Assembly (NCBI GenBank): GCA_950097015.1
Contig: CATNEN010000002.1
Coordinates: 3,596,001-3,660,000, forward strand
From: Macrostomum hystrix
Lineage: Eukaryota; Animalia; Platyhelminthes
Direction of reading: 5' to 3'
Length of the DNA: 64,000 nucleotides
In this document: piece by piece, positions 57,401-64,000 of the stretch
Layout of the letters: the number at the start of each line of letters is the position of its first letter
Position numbering within the stretch: position 1 is the stretch's first letter
Position numbers and translations under genes: made by a program
The notes under the pieces: model-generated
Databases searched by the model: none
Told to the model about the DNA's origin: nothing
What the model saw: only the letters and a program-made list of their open reading frames with translations

Positions 57401-60400
57401 ACCTTGTCCAACAGATCGAAAAGATTCCAGAAGGCTTTCAACTGGCGATGGAAATAATTAGATGGGATAATTTATTTCTGGTTTGCTTTTTTCACAGTGG
57501 AAAGAACACGCTGTTTTCCCCTTCGGGACACGAAGGGGCAGTTTAAAATAGCCCCAAATTGCCTCGGGTTTAGCCTCGGGTTAAAATACCCGAGTGGTCT
57601 TTCTATTTTTAAACAAAAATCTCAACAAATTTACGAACCTTCAGCAGCCGGGGAAACCGGACAATTGGAGACACCCCGATGGCAAAGTAGAGCAGATCCA
57701 GGGGCAGCAGTGCCAGCAGGTCCAGCTTGAAGTTCAGCCGGCTGAAGTAGCGGCTGCGACAGACTGCGGTATTTTTCTATTGAGGATTTGGACGCTGAGA
57801 ATTGATTCAGTCTTACAGAACGCCAAGTTTCGCAAGCTAACTTATGGTTTCATAGGCCTTAGAGACTTGAAAGATAGCGGCAGACTCCACGTCTTATCTG
57901 ACGGCGAACCACGCACTCTCAATCTCACCCAACGCTACAAAATCATTATCCCCTCGAGGGAAGACGCTAGCGACCACTGGAACCACCAGGAGGTCCACTG
58001 CTATACGGACGGATCCCTTAAAGACGGCCTTGCCGGCTTTGGGGTCTGCATCCTGATCAACGGCCGCATCGTCGCCACGCATGCCCAACATACTGGAAGA
58101 CTTTCCACGGTCTTTTAAAATGAAATCCTTGCCATCAGCTCCTGCGCCGCAGAGCTGAACGCCAGGAATACGAGAGGAGAGACTATCATCATCCACTCTG
58201 ACAGCCAAGCGGCCTTACAAGCCCCTTGCCGCACCACCACGTGCTCCCGGACAGTCGCTGATTGTGCCCGACAACTCAACCTCCTGGCCAGTAACAACAC
58301 GGTCAGGCTGAGCTGGATCCCAGGGCATGCGGGCTTCCCAGGGAACGAGCGGATTCCCTTGCCAAGCAAGGTGGCTCTGGCTCTCTCCTGGGCCCTGCTC
58401 CCCTGGTCCCGATCCCCATCACGGCCATCAATCGCCTGATTGATGACTGGGCTGAGTCGCTCCACAGGGACAGATGGGCGGGCACCCAGAACTGTCGGCA
58501 ATCCCGTGCCGCAGTTCCGCGCCCGTCTCGCAGGCTTAGGAACATCCTTTTGAACCAAAACCGGAAGGATATCCGCGCCCTCGCCATGACCCTAACGGGC
58601 CACGGCTACCTCGCTAGGCACTGTTTCCTCCGAGGCGACCTTGAGAGTGAACTCTGCCCATTCTGTGAGTACGACAACGAAGATGCTGAGCACTTTGTGT
58701 GTCACTGCCCTTTCTTTAACAGAGAACGGCTACGCTACCCCGGTCCCAACCCGTCTATGGACGAGATCCTCCGGGCCAGTTCCTCCGGGCCACAAGACGA
58801 GCCACGTTCTTCCCTACGGAAGACAACGCTGCAGGACGGACCGGCGGACCACCCTGACCCGCCCCGCGCCCTCGCCTGTCTGCGGGCCGACAGGGGTTAG
58901 CGGTATGGGCGATTCTCGCCTCCCCGCTGTGTCCATGGACCACCCTGCAGCTAAGTCAAAGGATGGTTTCATACTCTAAAAGAGGATAGAGTACGTCTTA
59001 ACTCTGAATATTTTAAATAAATAGTTGAAGTGACTTCAGCAGAAATCGAACTGGGTCAGGAAATTTGTGTGCTTTGTCACCTTTGTGTGTGTTTAGCATA
59101 AATTCGCTGTTAATTTTGTTTTCGATTCCAACATCGCAAAATGATGGGTTCCCTAATAATTTGGACTGGTACGCTCGCAGTATTGTCACAGGCCATAGAA
59201 CTCCTGACGTTCACCCTTTCAAAAAGGCTGCACTCCCAAGGACCCAGGTTTAAAAAGAGAGACATAAAATTTTGATGCACCGTGTGCTAAAGTCATGGAT
59301 ATTATTAATTATTAATTATTACAGGAGGGCTGCGGGCAATGGCACATCATCTGGGGACACTAGACCCGCAGCCAGCGAGGATGCAATTCATTGACTCTTG
59401 AGCACACAGATACTGTACGAAGGCACACACTCACAGGTGTGTACATCTGCCCTGACCTTCTCGTCGTCAGGCAGTGAACACTCTCACTCTGCCACTGAGG
59501 TTGGTCCTCAGAATTTTAAGACAAGCCCCCAAACCTTGACTCCGCGGCTGCATCCCAAATGAATGTGGCATCACCGCGGAATCGAGTTCAGGGCATTAAC
59601 CTCTCTGGTACTCACCCCCTACGCTAAAGTGAATTTTAAGTACATTTCATGGGGCTTTCAAACCTACTAGCAGTAGCATCCGAAGCGCATTCACCTCAAT
59701 AATTCCGTTATTGACGAAGCGGATTCGCATCTGTATGCCGATGTCTATGGCATAAACTAGGTCGGAAACGTAGTCCAAGCAGAGCCAGACAATTCTAACA
59801 GCCGAATTGGGTTTGTCGTAGATTGTGAATGTAGACCGCAGAGGGATCGTGAAATAGTTGTAGCCAACGGCTACCGTGAGCAGACTCAACCACACCAGGT
59901 AGGCGGTACCTGTAGGCAGATATTTGTGCTTGTTTTTATGCCTTGAAGCTGTCCATCTTGTCTAAAGACATTAAACAATGAGACTAACTAATGCCTCAAA
60001 ACTTACTTTGAGGATCAATGCTGCCTGTGAATAATCTCAGGAGACAATCGCACCTCTTTGAGGCGGTCTCATCTCCGGCCTCTTCAACAGCTCCAGCGTC
60101 AAGTTCGTTGGTGTCCACAGCAGCGGAATCAGTTGTCGGCTTGTGGACTGCATTGCCTGACTTTGAGTCTGAGAATTAGAGCAAGTATTGACCTTTATCT
60201 GAGCTGACTTTGATGTGAAAATGACCAGTTTACACATTAATAACTGCATCAGCAAACACATTGAAATGTGGAATTAATCCCACATCCACATCAACATCCA
60301 CATCTACATCCACATGCACATCTACATCCACATCTAAATCCACATTCACATCTACATCCACATCCACATCCACATCCACATCCACATCTACATCCACATC

Positions 60401-63400
60401 CACATCTAAATCCACATCTACATCCACATTCACATCTACATCCACATCCACATCCACATCCACATCTAAATCCACATCCACATCCACATCCACATCAACA
60501 TCTAAATTCACATCCACATCCACATCTACATCCACATCCATATCCACATCTACATCCACATCCATATCCACATCTACATCCACATCCACATCCACATCCA
60601 CATCCACATCTACATCCACATCCACATCTAAATCCACATCTACATCCACATTCACATCTACATCCACATCCACATCCACATCCACATCTAAATCCACATC
60701 CACATCCACATCCACATCAACATCTAAATTCACATCCACATCCACATCTACATCCACATCCATATCCACATCTACATCCACATCCATATCCACATCTACA
60801 TCCACATCCACATCCACATCTACATCCACATCCACATCCACATCTAAATCCACATCCACATCCACATCCACATCAACATCTAAATTCACATCCAAATCCA
60901 CATCTACATCCACATCCATATCCACATCTACATCCACATCCATATCCACATCTACATCCACATCCACATCCACATCTACATCCACATCCACATCTAAATC
61001 CACATCCACATCTACATCCACATCCACATCTAAATCCACATCTAAATCCACATCCACATCCACATCCAAATCTACATTCACATCTACATCCACATCAACA
61101 TCCACATTCACATTCACATCCACATCCACTTCCACATCCACATCTACATCCACATCCCCTTCCACATCCACATCCACATCCACATCCACATCTAAATCCA
61201 CATCTAAATCCACATCCACATCCACATCCAAATCTACATTCACATCTACATCTACATCTAAATCCACATCCACATCCACTTCCACATCCACATCTACATC
61301 CACATCCCCTTCCACATCCACATCCACATCCAAATCCACATCTAAATCTACATCCACATGCAGATCCAGATCTAGATCCATATCCACATCTAAATCCACA
61401 TCCACATTCAGATCCAGATCTAGATCCACATCCACGCCTTCAACCTGTCGCGGTGGAGGTGTCGTCAGTGTCAGACTCAGTCAGCGGCTGCACGGTGCTC
61501 TGCCGCAGGCTGTTGGCTCGTGACTCGAACCGACGCCGGAGCTGCAACAATTTGTCGCTCATCGCTTCGCTCAGCACGGAGCTGCTGGACACTCTTCGAC
61601 TGTGTGGAAGAGAAATTCGTTTGTATTTATGAACGGCATTGTTAAAAATCTTTAGTGCGTAAATTTAATTTTGTTACATTTCTTAGTAACATTGTGTGCA
61701 ATTAAATTAACGACTTTGTAGGGGCAAGTTCAACTGATAATCATCAATTTCGTAATTCTTGACTCTGAACGGTTTGATTCGTTATAATTAAATTAAAAAA
61801 ATGATGCGACTTACTAAAATACTTATCTTTAAAATATAAAAGATTCCAGAACAAGCCAATTTTGCCATATCTTAAACTAGCGACTCCTTATCGTTAATCC
61901 GTTAAAAACTGCATTAAACGATTTGGGTTTGAAATTCGATTTTTACTCGTTATGATGGAATTCATTTCTTGTGTCAACAACCGTGTACTTATACAGAAAT
62001 CTTCAAAATTACTTTTTCGTTTTTTATCTTGCTTAATTTTTGTTTTTTCGCTACATTTTCAATTAAAAACGGGACTTTCTCCGTTTCAGTTAAAAATGCA
62101 GATTTAAAACCGGCTAACAAAGTAGGTCAACTGCTGTGGACAGTTTTAAGAAAAATACATGGGGAAAGAACTGCTTTCCAAGCTGCAACAGCAGGTGTAG
62201 CTAAAGTCACAGGTGACAGTCATTATCCTTGTTATCAATAGTTTGCAGTGATTTGTATTCACAATCCTTAGCCTTAGCCTCAGACGTGCATAAAAAATCT
62301 CAATAGAAAGGTGGCTCTTGAAGGTCTCAATTAGCGACAATGATACAAAAGGATTGTCGCGATTCAAGAAGATATATTATTATTACTGTCAAGGCTTTGT
62401 TCAGAACTAAAAGCCTTGCCTGAGTCTGCAGACTGGCTGTTAGCGAAGATACATTCGGGTGTTGAATGTGCTGTTAGCGAAGATACATTCGGGTGTTGAA
62501 TGTGCTGTTTGTAAATGTTTGTTCGGGTGTTGAATGTGTTGTTTGTAAATATTCGTTCGGGTGTTGAATGTGTTGTTTGTAAATGTTTGTTCGGGTGTTG
62601 AATGTGCTGTTTGTAAATGTTTGTTCGGGTGTTGAATGTGTTGTTTGTAAATGTTTGTTCGGGTGTTGAATGTGCTGTTTGTGAGTGTACACTCGACTGT
62701 TGAATGTGCTGTTTGTAAATGTTTGTTCGGGAGTTGAATGTGCTGTTTGTGAGTGTACACTCGACTGTTGAATGTGATGTTTAAAAATGTTTGTTCGGGT
62801 GTTGAATGTGCTGTTTGTGAGTGTACATTCGGGTGTTGAATGTTCCGTGGCAGAAGCAACTCACGGATCAACGCAGGTCACACTCAGCGAGTCCATGGTG
62901 GTCTGAGAGGCGCTTAAATCAAAGCTGGCCTTCTTGCTAGCGGTGCGATTGCTAAGACTTGGCCGCTGACTGGAGCTGGAGTGGCTCGTGGTTGATTTTC
63001 GTCGGTCAGTTAAATTGTCAGCGACACCTTTTTTCGTAAGTAAGTGATTTAAGTTAGCTCCGAACTTCACTAATCGCTGATTAATTGACTGTAAAGAGCG
63101 GTACCCCACGGACCAAGGTCCCTGAAATCGATTCCGCGGCGAGGCCACATTCATTTTGGGCGCAGCCGCGGAGAGAAGGCTTGGGGGCTTGTCGTGCAAT
63201 TCACCCCCTGGAGGGCCAACCTCCAAGGCACAGTGAGAGTGTACACTGCCTGACAATGAGAAGGTCAGGACAGATGTACACACCTGTGTGAGCGTGTTCT
63301 CATGAGTCTGCGGAATGGACAGAACTGCCTATTTGTTGGCTGCGGGGTCTTCTGCAACCAACTGATGTGCCATTTCCCACAGCCCTCCTGCAAATTACAG

Positions 63401-63670
63401 TAATTCCCACAGATCCTACCTGGCAAATCTCCTATTACCGATGGCGCAGCTGTTCCATCGCTGGTGGTTGGCGAGGCTGTGTCTTCTACAATAAGCGGCA
63501 GAGACGGCGGCGGTGGCGGCGTCGCTGCGTCAAAGTCCTCAACGGTGAAGCCTAAATTGGCAACGCCGAGAGGCGGGCTGGTGGGGTCCTTCGCGGCTCG
63601 GTCTGGCTCGCTCGTCATCATGCCGCTGACGCTAAGGAGGCCTTTGGGCGTCAAAGAATCAGATTTTTTT
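54500..63670 (-). CDS. Cyclic-nucleotide-gated channel beta-like subunit (TAX-2/CNGB type), copy B; true 5' end and last exon uncertain
   Basis: Core exons 59909-59695, 57776-57639, 57441-57248, 57168-57027 (pore [12 protein letters not shown]), 56714-56555, 56481-56384, 56300-56217 and 55907-55530 have the same lengths as in copy A (215, 138, 194, 142, 160, 98, 84, 378 nt). Homologous N-terminal exons at ~63670-63430 and ~61599-61445; C-terminal [12 protein letters not shown] and MSEESIHLP exons at ~55010-54500. Confidence 0.88.
55140..55385 (+). mobile_element. SINE family 1, 5' two-thirds
   Basis: gtgagtggcagattggtctaacgcg...ggtccctgagctcgattccgcggcgaggccacatt. Confidence 0.75.
56020..56175 (-). 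mobile_element. SINE family 1, deleted copy
   Basis: gccagcgaggaggcaattctgcccgttctgctgactcctgaacac and ttaaccgctctaccac. Confidence 0.6.
57890..58990 (+). mobile_element. 5'-truncated non-LTR retrotransposon (I/Loa-group-like) with RNase H and CCHC knuckle, in a CNG-B intron
   Basis: [17 protein letters not shown]...EILAI...[11 protein letters not shown]...[12 protein letters not shown] (RNase H) and [10 protein letters not shown]...[19 protein letters not shown]. Premature TAA at 58116-58118 and frameshifts. Confidence 0.85.
59315..59620 (-). mobile_element. SINE family 1, near full length, (ATT)n-type tail
   Basis: caggagggctgcgggcaatggcacatc...aatgtggcatcaccgcggaatcgagttcaggg. Confidence 0.75.
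60280..61435 (+). repeat. 6-bp microsatellite (ACATCC)n, ~1.15 kb, in a CNG-B intron
   Basis: Direct inspection, with higher-order variants (acatctaaatcc). It produces the spurious ST/DV/HP ORFs. Confidence 0.97.
62455..62850 (+). repeat. 34-bp tandem repeat (GTTGAATGTGCTGTTTGTAAATGTTTGTTCGGGT)n
   Basis: gttcggg recurs at 62521 and 62555. Confidence 0.9.
63105..63405 (+). mobile_element. SINE family 1, near full length
   Basis: ccaaggtccctgaaatcgattccgcggcgaggccacattc...cagccctcctgcaaattac. Confidence 0.8.
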
Positions 63671-64000
63671 CTAAGGACTCCGTGACAGCGCTTGTCTGTC
63701 TCTCGATCTCGATCTCTTTATCCTTGTCTTTCTATCAATCTCTTCTCGGCTGTCTATCAATTTGTCATTGGCTCTATATCAATCTCTCCTCGTTTCTCTA
63801 TTAATTTGTCCACATCCTCATTCACATCCATATAAAAATAACCCACGATGGACCTGTAATTCTTACAGGTTAACTTACCTTATCAAACGCAAGGGCCAGT
63901 TATGTTAAAGATTTTTTCCTTCCAAAGACAAATCCCTGCGTTTAGTTGATAAAATATAAATTGATCATCCCAGTAAAGGATCTGTAGATCGATGGATGCC

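Noticed and set aside
60230-61632. ORFs of 400-454 aa (ST, DV, HP repeats)
   Set aside because: They are translations of an (ACATCC)n intronic microsatellite.
7488-63405. tRNA-like heads as genuine tRNA genes
   Set aside because: A/B boxes are present but each continues into a shared non-tRNA body and tail, and the copies are degenerate. They are SINEs.

Overview
Repeat-rich eukaryotic (invertebrate animal) genomic DNA with spliceosomal GT-AG introns and no prokaryotic features. The style resembles a free-living flatworm such as Macrostomum, but that is unverified. Left to right: (i) an internally deleted Tc1/mariner element with ~317-bp TIRs; (ii) a head-to-tail array of 1316-bp units with Helitron ends that carry 23-bp and 18-bp minisatellites; (iii) a Crypton-type tyrosine recombinase whose catalytic Tyr lies on a second exon, flanked by two long hairpins; (iv) an 11-exon gene for a secreted ~678-aa protein with five Ig domains, including an 11-nt microexon; (v) a disrupted ankyrin + Mab21/cGAS-like nucleotidyltransferase (cGLR-type) gene; (vi) three clustered ~450-aa secreted coiled-coil proteins resembling cephalotoxin/rapunzel-like proteins, with mosaic, homogenised 3' halves; (vii) two tandem TAX-2/CNGB-like cyclic-nucleotide-gated channel genes on the minus strand. 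In that pair one exon, the 378-nt cNMP-binding exon, is almost identical between copies while a neighbouring exon differs at most synonymous sites. Introns hold many copies of a tRNA-derived SINE, two CORE-like SINEs, an RNase H-bearing LINE remnant and several satellites up to 4.2 kb. Gene models were built by hand from splice sites and reading-frame phase. Family assignments come from motif recognition, not database searches.
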